NCBI GenBank assembly: GCA_944371435.1
Contig: CALVXQ010000001.1
Location: forward strand, 1 to 47,436
Source: an uncultured Bacilli bacterium
Lineage (GTDB): Bacteria; Bacillota_I; Bacilli_A; RF39; UBA660
Direction: 5' to 3'
DNA length: 47,436 nt
Part shown: positions 1-6,963 of the stretch, piece by piece
How positions within the stretch are numbered: position 1 is the first letter of the stretch
Layout of the letters: each line of letters begins with the position of its first letter
Translations under genes and position numbers: made by a program
Notes under the pieces: model-generated
What the model saw: the letters and a program-made list of their open reading frames with translations, nothing else
Databases searched by the model: none
What the model was told of the DNA's origin: nothing

Positions 1-486
1 GCACGACAAATATTTGATGAAACCAAAGGATATGAGTTTCGAAAATCACCATTAAAGGACCAAGATTTAGATAAAAAAATTTATGTGTATTCTGCAAAAG
101 AAGATAAAGCTCTAATTGGATACATGAAAGTTTCAGAGATTTTAAAAGGTAATACTACACAAATTTTAAAATCTACCGGTTATGATGTGAGACCAGATGG
201 TCATGAAATCGTTGATTATTATGGAAAAAATTTTCAAAGATGTTGTGCTTTAAAATTATATGACGTAACTGAATTTGAAGAATATCTTACATTAAGAGAT
301 ATGCGAAAAATTGATCCTAATATTAATCTACCACAATATTATTCCTATATTTACGAAAATAATCCTTTATATGATGTTATTAAAGAATGGGATGAAGCAT
401 TTAGTTTAGATGGAAATTTATGTAAAAATCCGACTAAACAGAAACAATTGATTTTACAAAGAGGTATAGAAAGAAGGAGAAAATAA
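1..486 (+). CDS. ASCH/PUA-like domain protein, 5'-truncated by window edge
   Basis: Frame 1 is open from base 1, with no stop before the GTG at 85 used by the ORF track, so the gene probably starts upstream of the window. The segments YEFRK, KIYVYSAKEDKALIGYMKVSEIL, CCALKLYDV and PQYYSYI resemble the ASCH-type COG4933-like family. This is recalled from memory, not searched. Confidence 0.45.
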   Translation, partial: ARQIFDETKGYEFRKSPLKDQDLDKKIYVYSAKEDKALIGYMKVSEILKGNTTQILKSTGYDVRPDGHEIVDYYGKNFQRCCALKLYDVTEFEEYLTLRDMRKIDPNINLPQYYSYIYENNPLYDVIKEWDEAFSLDGNLCKNPTKQKQLILQRGIERRRK

Positions 487-487
487 A

Positions 488-832
488 ATGACTCATGAAA
501 TGAAATTACAACCAGAATATTATAATTTTATATTGAATGGTACAAAAAGAATTGAAATAAGATTATATGATGAAAAAAGACAAAGTATAAAATTAGGAGA
601 TACTATTAAATTTTTAAAAGAGCCTGAATTATCAGAATCTTTTAATGCAAAAGTTACAGGTTTATTAAGATATAATTCTTTTAAAGATATGTTTAAAGAT
701 TTTGATATTTCTATTTTATCTGATAAATCAATGACAAAAGAAGAATTAATTAAAGTACTTGAGCAATTTTATACTAAAGAAAAGCAGGAACAATATGGTG
801 TATTAGGTATAAGAATAGAATTGATAGATTAA
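488..832 (+). CDS. ASCH domain protein
   Basis: The 114-aa protein starts MKLQPEYYNFILNGTKRIEIRLYDEKRQSIKLGDTIKF, the typical ASCH N-terminal beta-barrel signature. It ends ...QYGVLGIRIELI. Its start codon lies 1 nt after the upstream stop, which suggests an operon. Confidence 0.7.
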   Translation: MTHEMKLQPEYYNFILNGTKRIEIRLYDEKRQSIKLGDTIKFLKEPELSESFNAKVTGLLRYNSFKDMFKDFDISILSDKSMTKEELIKVLEQFYTKEKQEQYGVLGIRIELID

Positions 833-854
833 CTAATAGTCTATCTTTTTATTA

Positions 855-883
855 TTGTCAAAATAACGAAAAAGTGTTAGAAT
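855..883 (+). promoter_or_regulatory. sigma-A-type promoter candidate for the GNAT gene
   Basis: TTGTCA (855-860), a 17-nt spacer, then TAGAAT (878-883) preceded by a TGT extended -10. It sits about 30 nt upstream of the GGAGG ribosome-binding site of the 915 gene. Confidence 0.5.
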
Positions 884-914
884 AAACGACATATTATGAA
901 GGAGGCTTGGTTTT

Positions 915-1472
915 ATGGTTTATATTGAAAGTTTAAAAAGTTATATTGGAAAAATAAGTGATGAAGAATTTGCAGATTTAGCTAAAAGAATCTATGATAT
1001 TACTGATTTTATTTGTGAAGATTACCCAAAACATAAAGAATGGTATTTTCAGAAACAACTACCTAGAATTTTTACGCCAAATGGCGAGATTTTGTTTGCA
1101 AGATCTGATAAAGATGATAACACTATATTGGCAATGTCATGCTTAAAAAAAGATGAAGAAGAAAAGAAGATTTGTACTTTATATGTGTCAGATCAATGTA
1201 GAGGTCAACATTTTGGAACAAGAATGATAGAAGCTTCTATGAAATTTTTAGAAACCACAAAACCACTAATTACTTTGGCAGATTATAAATTACCTATGTT
1301 TCAACCAATAATAGATAAATATGAATGGGAATTAACCGAAATTGTCGAAGGATTATATAATGATAAATCCAATGAACTATGTTTTAATGGAACACTTACA
1401 AAACAAGCTAACATGGATAAACAAGGACCATCTTTAGTAAAAAAACTTAAAGATAATATTTCAAACACTTAA
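915..1472 (+). CDS. GNAT-family N-acetyltransferase (paralog 1)
   Basis: The acetyl-CoA-binding-type motif QCRGQHFGTRMIEASMKF (R/Q-x-x-G-x-G/A) follows a beta strand, KICTLYV. A strong GAAGGAGG site lies upstream. It is a paralog of the 4226-4747 gene. Confidence 0.7.
   Translation: MVYIESLKSYIGKISDEEFADLAKRIYDITDFICEDYPKHKEWYFQKQLPRIFTPNGEILFARSDKDDNTILAMSCLKKDEEEKKICTLYVSDQCRGQHFGTRMIEASMKFLETTKPLITLADYKLPMFQPIIDKYEWELTEIVEGLYNDKSNELCFNGTLTKQANMDKQGPSLVKKLKDNISNT
1281..1392 (+). repeat. 112-nt near-identical tract shared with 4586-4697 (3' part of GNAT paralogs)
   Basis: By hand alignment, 92 consecutive identical nt (1281-1372 = 4586-4677) are followed by one mismatch and then 19 more identical nt. 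The 5' two-thirds of the two genes are clearly diverged at both nucleotide and amino-acid level. Confidence 0.8.
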
Positions 1473-1668
1473 AAATGTTGTTGTAATAACAAAATATATA
1501 CAGTATAATTAATACATCAAATACGAATGAACTTTTTACTAAAGTGTGCGTAACCCCTTTAGTAAACGCTCCATAGTGAAATATGCTCGAACTTATTGAG
1601 TTTTGATAAATAACTAATTCAGAAATGGATTAGTTTTTCTGTGTTCTAAACTTCCATAGAACTTAGAA

Positions 1669-1944
1669 GTGCAATTTATTAATAACAAATTTAAAGTCAT
1701 TAAAAAAGAAAATAATTATCTTAAAGAACTGGTAAATCACTTTAAAGATTTATTTGATAGATTAATCAATTTTATCAAGCATAAAATACTTGGAAAAGAC
1801 AAAGAACGTGAAAATTACTGGGCATTTTCAAAGGACTTATATGAACATGGAATATTTAGTGATAAGACAACTACTGACATAAAAGATGACTATGATTGGA
1901 ATAAAAAAATGATAAAAACAAAAATCATGATGACTTTGATTTAG
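1669..1944 (+). CDS. doubtful small ORF (coiled-coil-like), possible gene remnant
   Basis: It has a GTG start and no convincing Shine-Dalgarno site. The product is Lys/Glu-rich and helical. An A7 run near the 3' end (about 1904-1910) separates it from an alternative frame ending ...NHDDFDLGI. I recognise no family. Confidence 0.2.
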   Translation: MQFINNKFKVIKKENNYLKELVNHFKDLFDRLINFIKHKILGKDKERENYWAFSKDLYEHGIFSDKTTTDIKDDYDWNKKMIKTKIMMTLI

Positions 1945-2090
1945 GAATATAATGTTTTTAGTCAATTATATCCCCTCTGCTAGTAATTTTTTCTTAAAAT
2001 ACATTATTGTTTTTTACTAGATTTTATAATGAGCAAAGATTTGATTTGCTTAGAAAAAAAGTATATAATATAAGGCAAGAAAGGAGAACT

Positions 2091-2462
2091 ATGGAAGATA
2101 CAGAAAATTTAAATACAAAATTTCAAAGTAATTTAGAATATGTATTAACTAATTTAAAAAAAGATATATTACAAGCTAGCAATTTAGAAGATAAATTGTA
2201 TCTGGAAATGTCTAAAGATGAAATAATCGATTCCTTAAATTATGTCTATAAAATTATAAAATGTTGGGAAAATAGTTATAATAAAAAACAATATAAAAAT
2301 ATTATAAATAAATATAGTGAAATAGAATCAATCGTTTCAAAATTAGAATTGTGTTTAGCTGACTATGCAGAACATTTTCATATGGATGGTATATCTTATT
2401 CTGTATTCTTAATTGGTAAAATTTTGTCAAACATAATAAAAGAGAGTGATAAAAATGGCTGA
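2091..2462 (+). CDS. hypothetical helical protein (123 aa)
   Basis: The ORF track begins at 2007. The ATG at 2091 (MEDTENLN...) is preceded by AAAGGAGA at good spacing, so I take it as the start. The gene overlaps the next gene by 8 nt, which suggests an operon. Confidence 0.5.
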   Translation: MEDTENLNTKFQSNLEYVLTNLKKDILQASNLEDKLYLEMSKDEIIDSLNYVYKIIKCWENSYNKKQYKNIINKYSEIESIVSKLELCLADYAEHFHMDGISYSVFLIGKILSNIIKESDKNG

Positions 2463-2874
2463 CGATAAACCAATAATTAAAGCAACTACACCAAATAGTG
2501 GTAAATATGATACAAAAATAGATGTTTATACTTCTGATCCTAAGGGACCACACGAATCAATACATATAGCTGTTGATAGTGATTCAAAATCAGCTCATAT
2601 TATTGATACAACAAATGGAAGTACAGAACATACTGATGTTAAATGTTATTTAACTTCAGCATGTATGAAGTATTTTCAAGAAAAATTTGATGACAATTGT
2701 TACGAATTAACAGTATTAAGATGGTTTAGAGATAATTTTGTTTCAAAAGAAGATATAGAACATTATTATGAAGTAGCACCAATAATTGTTGAAGCAATTA
2801 ATAAAGAAGAAAAAGCTAATATAGTTGATTATTGTGTTGAACAAATTGAGCAAGGGAATTATGAGGCAGCATAA
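2455..2874 (+). CDS. hypothetical protein with conserved Cys motif domain (C-x-L-T-S-A-C ... DDNCYEL..LR.FRD ... YY..AP)
   Basis: The likely start is the ATG at 2455 (MADDK). The C-terminal half, CYLTSACMKYFQEKFDDNCYELTVLRWFRDNFVSKEDIEHYYEVAPIIVEAI, matches a widespread domain of unknown function that I recall from uncharacterised Bacillota and phage-associated proteins. Confidence 0.5.
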   Translation: MADDKPIIKATTPNSGKYDTKIDVYTSDPKGPHESIHIAVDSDSKSAHIIDTTNGSTEHTDVKCYLTSACMKYFQEKFDDNCYELTVLRWFRDNFVSKEDIEHYYEVAPIIVEAINKEEKANIVDYCVEQIEQGNYEAA

Positions 2875-3200
2875 GAAGAACGGTTTGCAAAACCAGAATT
2901 AATAAATAGATTTGTAAAAACTTTAAAATTAAAAGCTAATAATTAGTAAAAAAGTCAGCATAAAAGTTATAAACTATTTTTACATAACTACACAATGTGG
3001 GTTTGTTGTGATGCTGTCACTTTTTTTTACAAACATATTAGTTTCTTTTATGCTTAAATTAAAAGTAGGCGAAAAATAAGTTAATATTCCAAGTATTTAA
3101 AAAAAGTTGGTAAGTTTAAAAATATAAAAGAATCAATTAATTTGTTTAAAAAAATTTATAATGTATAAACTGTAATTATAAATTTTTTTAATATACTTTA

Positions 3201-4067
3201 TTACTTTTTATTAAATTCATCTTCATATTTTTTAAAAAACTTATAATATACCAAAACATTGGCTAATTCAGTCCAATTTTTAGTAGTCACTGGGCTTTGA
3301 TCTAGATCATATATTCTGGCACCTGTAAGTTTTAATAAAAATGGTGAATGGGTAGAAATTATAAATTGACATTTATAAAATCTAACAGAATCTTCAATAA
3401 ATTTTTTTAATTTTAATTGATTTTCTGCAGATAAACTATTTTCTGGTTCATCTAACATATAAATGCTATTTTCTTTTATTTCTCTTTCCCAAAACATAAG
3501 GGCTGATTCTCCGTTGGAACATTCTATAATGTTATTATTTCCTAAACGTTCTCTAACAAATTTAGACATCGTTTTTCTTTTTGATTCATAACTTGTCTTC
3601 AACTCGTTATAATTATCAAATGAGTTTTCATTTTTATTAAATTTATAATCTAAATATTCTTTGCTTAACTTTTCTTTTTGTCTATTAACATTAGCATTAA
3701 TTGAACGTATATCTAAAAGATAGTCAAAAACATCGTCACTTGTTATCAATTTTATTTCCGTTGGTTGTTCAAAGGACATTTCATAGGTGCAATGCTTAAC
3801 GTATAAATCAAAATATGATCCTTTATCAATTGGAGATTTTCTTGTAGCATTTAATTTTTGTGAGATAATATTTATTAACGTTGTTTTTCCCGAGCCATTA
3901 CCGCCATAAAAAATTGTGATACTATCAAAATCAATGTTTTTAAATGATCTAGTAGGAAATAAATGTAAAGGATAATTATTGTTAAATATTCTTCTTGTTT
4001 CTTCATCTCGTAAAATAGTAAATTCTTGTACTTGATCTAATAAAGCAAAATTTTTTAAATAAAGCAT
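3201..4067 (-). CDS. stand-alone ABC-type (SMC/RecF-like) AAA ATPase
   Basis: Motifs present are Walker A GGNGSGKT, a signature-like SNGES, Walker B IYMLDEPE and an H-loop STHSP. No transmembrane or partner gene lies on the same strand within the flanking AT-rich spacers. Confidence 0.8.
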   Translation of the reverse strand: MLYLKNFALLDQVQEFTILRDEETRRIFNNNYPLHLFPTRSFKNIDFDSITIFYGGNGSGKTTLINIISQKLNATRKSPIDKGSYFDLYVKHCTYEMSFEQPTEIKLITSDDVFDYLLDIRSINANVNRQKEKLSKEYLDYKFNKNENSFDNYNELKTSYESKRKTMSKFVRERLGNNNIIECSNGESALMFWEREIKENSIYMLDEPENSLSAENQLKLKKFIEDSVRFYKCQFIISTHSPFLLKLTGARIYDLDQSPVTTKNWTELANVLVYYKFFKKYEDEFNKK

Positions 4068-4225
4068 TTTTATCTCTCATTTCTTGTAAAAGTATTATAC
4101 AATATTTGCTCTTATTTTTCCATAAATTCATAGGTGTTTTAAAACTATTATATTTTATATGTAATTAATCATTTATATAATATTAATAAAAGCATTAGAA
4201 AGTAATAACAAAGAAGGTTTGAATT

Positions 4226-4747
4226 ATGATTTGTATCGAAAGCTTAAAAAGCCATATTGGTAAAATAAGTGTCGCTGAGTTTATGTCTTTAGCAAAAAGC
4301 ATTTATAAAATTACTGAATTTATACATAATGACTATCAAAAATATAAAACATGGTATTTTTGTAAACAATTGCCGCGCGTATTTACTCCTAATGGTGATA
4401 TTTTATTTGCAAAATCTAATGATGGTAATATAGTAGGAATGGCTTGTTTAAAAAAAGTTAAAGAAGAGAAAAAGATTTGTACTTTATATGTGTTAGAAGA
4501 ATATCGTAATCAGCATTTGGGAACGAGGCTAGTTGATGCTTCCATTAGTTTCTTAGGAACTACAAAACCTGTTATTACTTTTGCTGATTATAAATTACCT
4601 ATGTTTCAACCAATAATAGATAAATATGAATGGGAATTAACCGAAATTGTCGAAGGATTATATAATGATAAATCCAAAGAACTATGTTTTAATGGAAAAC
4701 TTACGAAACAAATAAACTTCGGTAAACAAAGAAAGATAATAAAATAA
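4226..4747 (+). CDS. GNAT-family N-acetyltransferase (paralog 2)
   Basis: It has the same architecture as the 915-1472 gene (KICTLYV..YRNQHLGTRLVDASISF). The C-terminal segment ADYKLPMFQPIIDKYEWELTEIVEGLYNDKS is identical between the two paralogs. Confidence 0.7.
   Translation: MICIESLKSHIGKISVAEFMSLAKSIYKITEFIHNDYQKYKTWYFCKQLPRVFTPNGDILFAKSNDGNIVGMACLKKVKEEKKICTLYVLEEYRNQHLGTRLVDASISFLGTTKPVITFADYKLPMFQPIIDKYEWELTEIVEGLYNDKSKELCFNGKLTKQINFGKQRKIIK
4586..4697 (+). repeat. second copy of the 112-nt near-identical GNAT 3' tract
   Basis: See the feature at 1281-1392. The two copies are direct repeats 3.3 kb apart. Confidence 0.8.
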
Positions 4748-4786
4748 AATTTAAGTTGTTATTTTTTGCTATAGTTATGTAAATAT

Positions 4787-4818
4787 AAAAAAATACTAAC
4801 ATATTAATTAGTACTTTT
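4787..4818. terminator. bidirectional hairpin between convergent genes
   Basis: An A-run, then TACTAA (4794-4799), loop catattaa, TTAGTA (4808-4813), then CTTTT. It lies between the end of GNAT paralog 2 (+) and the end of the lipoprotein gene (-). The stem is AT-rich and therefore weak. Confidence 0.4.
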
Positions 4819-5383
4819 ATCTTACATAGACATAGTAAGAATTACCTTCTAAATCATCACTATATATTTCGCCATAATAGATAGCAAATGGCTTACTTAA
4901 ATTATCATCTACTTCATAAATTGTTTTAAAGTTAACAGTTTCTTTAACATCTATAGTTAAGTTATCTTTTAAAAAGTTAACATTAGGAATATCTGGAACA
5001 AATGAGTATGTATATGATGCTTCTTCTTTTTCTAAATTCCACATTAAAGGAAAATCCTCTAATGATAATTTTTGCTTAGAATCAGAAGTGTTAGTAACTT
5101 CTATTGATGCTACAACTAATTTTTTACCATTTGGAGCTTTATATGTTTCAAAAGTATCACAAACAGTTACATCTTGTATAATAAAATCAAACCATCTTGT
5201 ATGGGCAACTTCATTAATTCCTAAACCTTGATATGCTTCAACAATTCTACCATCGTCTAACGTCTTACCATCAATTAAACCATTAGTACTCCATGCGGGA
5301 TATTTTTCACTTTGAAAGGGAAGAGTACATCCACTTAGTAGAATTATTGTTGCTGTTAACATAAATAATTTTAAATATCTCAT
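4817..5383 (-). CDS. lipoprotein, DUF4352-like Ig-fold domain
   Basis: It has a signal peptide with a lipobox, LLSGC. The central segment KKLVVASIEVTNTSDSKQKLSLEDF is typical of DUF4352-type lipoproteins. Confidence 0.65.
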   Translation of the reverse strand: MRYLKLFMLTATIILLSGCTLPFQSEKYPAWSTNGLIDGKTLDDGRIVEAYQGLGINEVAHTRWFDFIIQDVTVCDTFETYKAPNGKKLVVASIEVTNTSDSKQKLSLEDFPLMWNLEKEEASYTYSFVPDIPNVNFLKDNLTIDVKETVNFKTIYEVDDNLSKPFAIYYGEIYSDDLEGNSYYVYVR

Positions 5384-5385
5384 AA

Positions 5386-6294
5386 TTATTCTCCAATCCT
5401 TTTTATTTGATATGAATAAATTGATTGACGATATAGACTATAAGAACTAAATATACCAATAACAGATAATATAAGTCCAACAGAAAGACCATTTGTAAAT
5501 GAGGTTTTAAACTCACTATCTCTACTTAAATAATAAGGAATAGATTTATATGCATCCCATATATTTATTAAAAAGTCTTCTTTATATAGATTATAAATAT
5601 ATATAGAACAATTTAACTCATGTGCTATTATTACTCCTAGTAAGCCTATTAAAATAGATATTACTAGTCCACTAATTTTCATAACCTTAGCAAAATGTTT
5701 AAATCCTAATGCAGCTCCCATTGTAATAAATATTCCGGCAATTCCTGGTTCTAATTTTAAATAGGATAGTAAAAACCATAATAATATTCCTGGTATAGTT
5801 CCCACAATAGCGCCCAATACTCCTTTTAAAAGATGTTCTTTAGCATTTTTAGAATTATTCTTTTTATATTCTGCTATTTTAATAAATTCTTTATAGCAAT
5901 CATCACAAAAATAATTAATTTCTCCATCATTATCCGTCAGATAAACTTTCTTAACTTGTTTACAATGTTTACAAATTTCTTTATACCCATTACTCTTTAA
6001 ATATTCCGTAGTACTTTCTAAAATAGGATTTATAGTATCAGGTAATTCTTTTATTTCTTGTAAACTTCCTACTACTGATAGGACATTATTTTTATAGATA
6101 ATAGTAATTTCTTTATCTATATTTTTTAATTTTTTATTTAATTCTTTAATATCTTCCTTACCTAGGATATTAAAATATAAGTTATAAACTAAAGAGGTAT
6201 CATCATATTTAATTAAATAATTAAATTTATTAATATTTCCTGCATAAATATTTCCAGCATATTTAATTTTAAATCCTTTAATATTTTTATCCAT
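5386..6294 (-). CDS. membrane protein with cytoplasmic zinc-ribbon (CxxC...CxxC)
   Basis: CKHCKQ...x17...CDDCY is followed by several hydrophobic helices (GVLGAIVGTIPGILLWFLL, GIAGIFITMGAALGF, LVISILIGLLGVIIA, GLSVGLILSVIGIF). I recognise no family. Confidence 0.5.
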   Translation of the reverse strand: MDKNIKGFKIKYAGNIYAGNINKFNYLIKYDDTSLVYNLYFNILGKEDIKELNKKLKNIDKEITIIYKNNVLSVVGSLQEIKELPDTINPILESTTEYLKSNGYKEICKHCKQVKKVYLTDNDGEINYFCDDCYKEFIKIAEYKKNNSKNAKEHLLKGVLGAIVGTIPGILLWFLLSYLKLEPGIAGIFITMGAALGFKHFAKVMKISGLVISILIGLLGVIIAHELNCSIYIYNLYKEDFLINIWDAYKSIPYYLSRDSEFKTSFTNGLSVGLILSVIGIFSSYSLYRQSIYSYQIKRIGE

Positions 6295-6295
6295 A

Positions 6296-6856
6296 TTAAT
6301 CCCTTTCTTTATTATTTATATGTTTAGCATATATTTCTCTTAAATAATCTTTTCTTATTACAATGTTTTCGCCATAAGCTCCTAGTAGTTCTAAAACTTC
6401 AGTAATAAATCCCTGAATTTTTTCGTTAATCATTGCATTATCCCTTGTTTTATTCCAATAATAATATGGTGACATAGTAGTATATTTTTTGCCTTGATAA
6501 ATTTTAGAAGCTGCTACCATATCGCATATCATTTCCACACAATACTTAAAAGGAATAATTGGTGTTTTATTTAAAGCAGCATAATCATACCAGTATTCAT
6601 GGTGATGTTTATTTCTTCCTTTATGGTGTAACCAAGCTTTAGAATAACCATTTTTTTCTTTACAATTTAAAATAGGAGAATACTTGTGATTAGCATAATA
6701 TTTAATGCCTTCGATAAATTCGGTTGGACTATATTTTGATAAATCATGAACTAATCCTTGCCAAGGTATTCCTGCTTTTAAGCAAAGGATAAATACTTTA
6801 AAGCGATGACGATTTATTGTGTGTAGGTGTCCCCAGAAGTTAAAAAAGTAATTCAT
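6296..6856 (-). CDS. His-rich HD-like protein (DUF5662-like)
   Basis: The motifs WGHLHT..H, LVHDLSKY and WLHHKGRNKHHHEYW resemble the DUF5662 family, which is sometimes mis-annotated as catalase. This is recalled from memory. It is the first gene of a tightly packed three-gene minus-strand operon. Confidence 0.45.
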   Translation of the reverse strand: MNYFFNFWGHLHTINRHRFKVFILCLKAGIPWQGLVHDLSKYSPTEFIEGIKYYANHKYSPILNCKEKNGYSKAWLHHKGRNKHHHEYWYDYAALNKTPIIPFKYCVEMICDMVAASKIYQGKKYTTMSPYYYWNKTRDNAMINEKIQGFITEVLELLGAYGENIVIRKDYLREIYAKHINNKERD

Positions 6857-6963
6857 AAATGCTCACCTGATTTAATTATACCACGACTAAGTCTTATTAC
6901 CAAACAACTTCATGAGAAAAAGTGCTTTTTTTAAACTAGATATGTTAAAATTGAAATAGGGAA

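Noticed and set aside
1669-1944. Mob/Pre relaxase C-terminal fragment
   Set aside because: The coiled-coil Lys/Glu-rich composition, and an alternative frame ending in an acidic DDFDL tail, reminded me of plasmid mobilisation proteins. I cannot point to any diagnostic relaxase motif, and the N-terminal catalytic domain is absent. It is kept only as a doubtful ORF.
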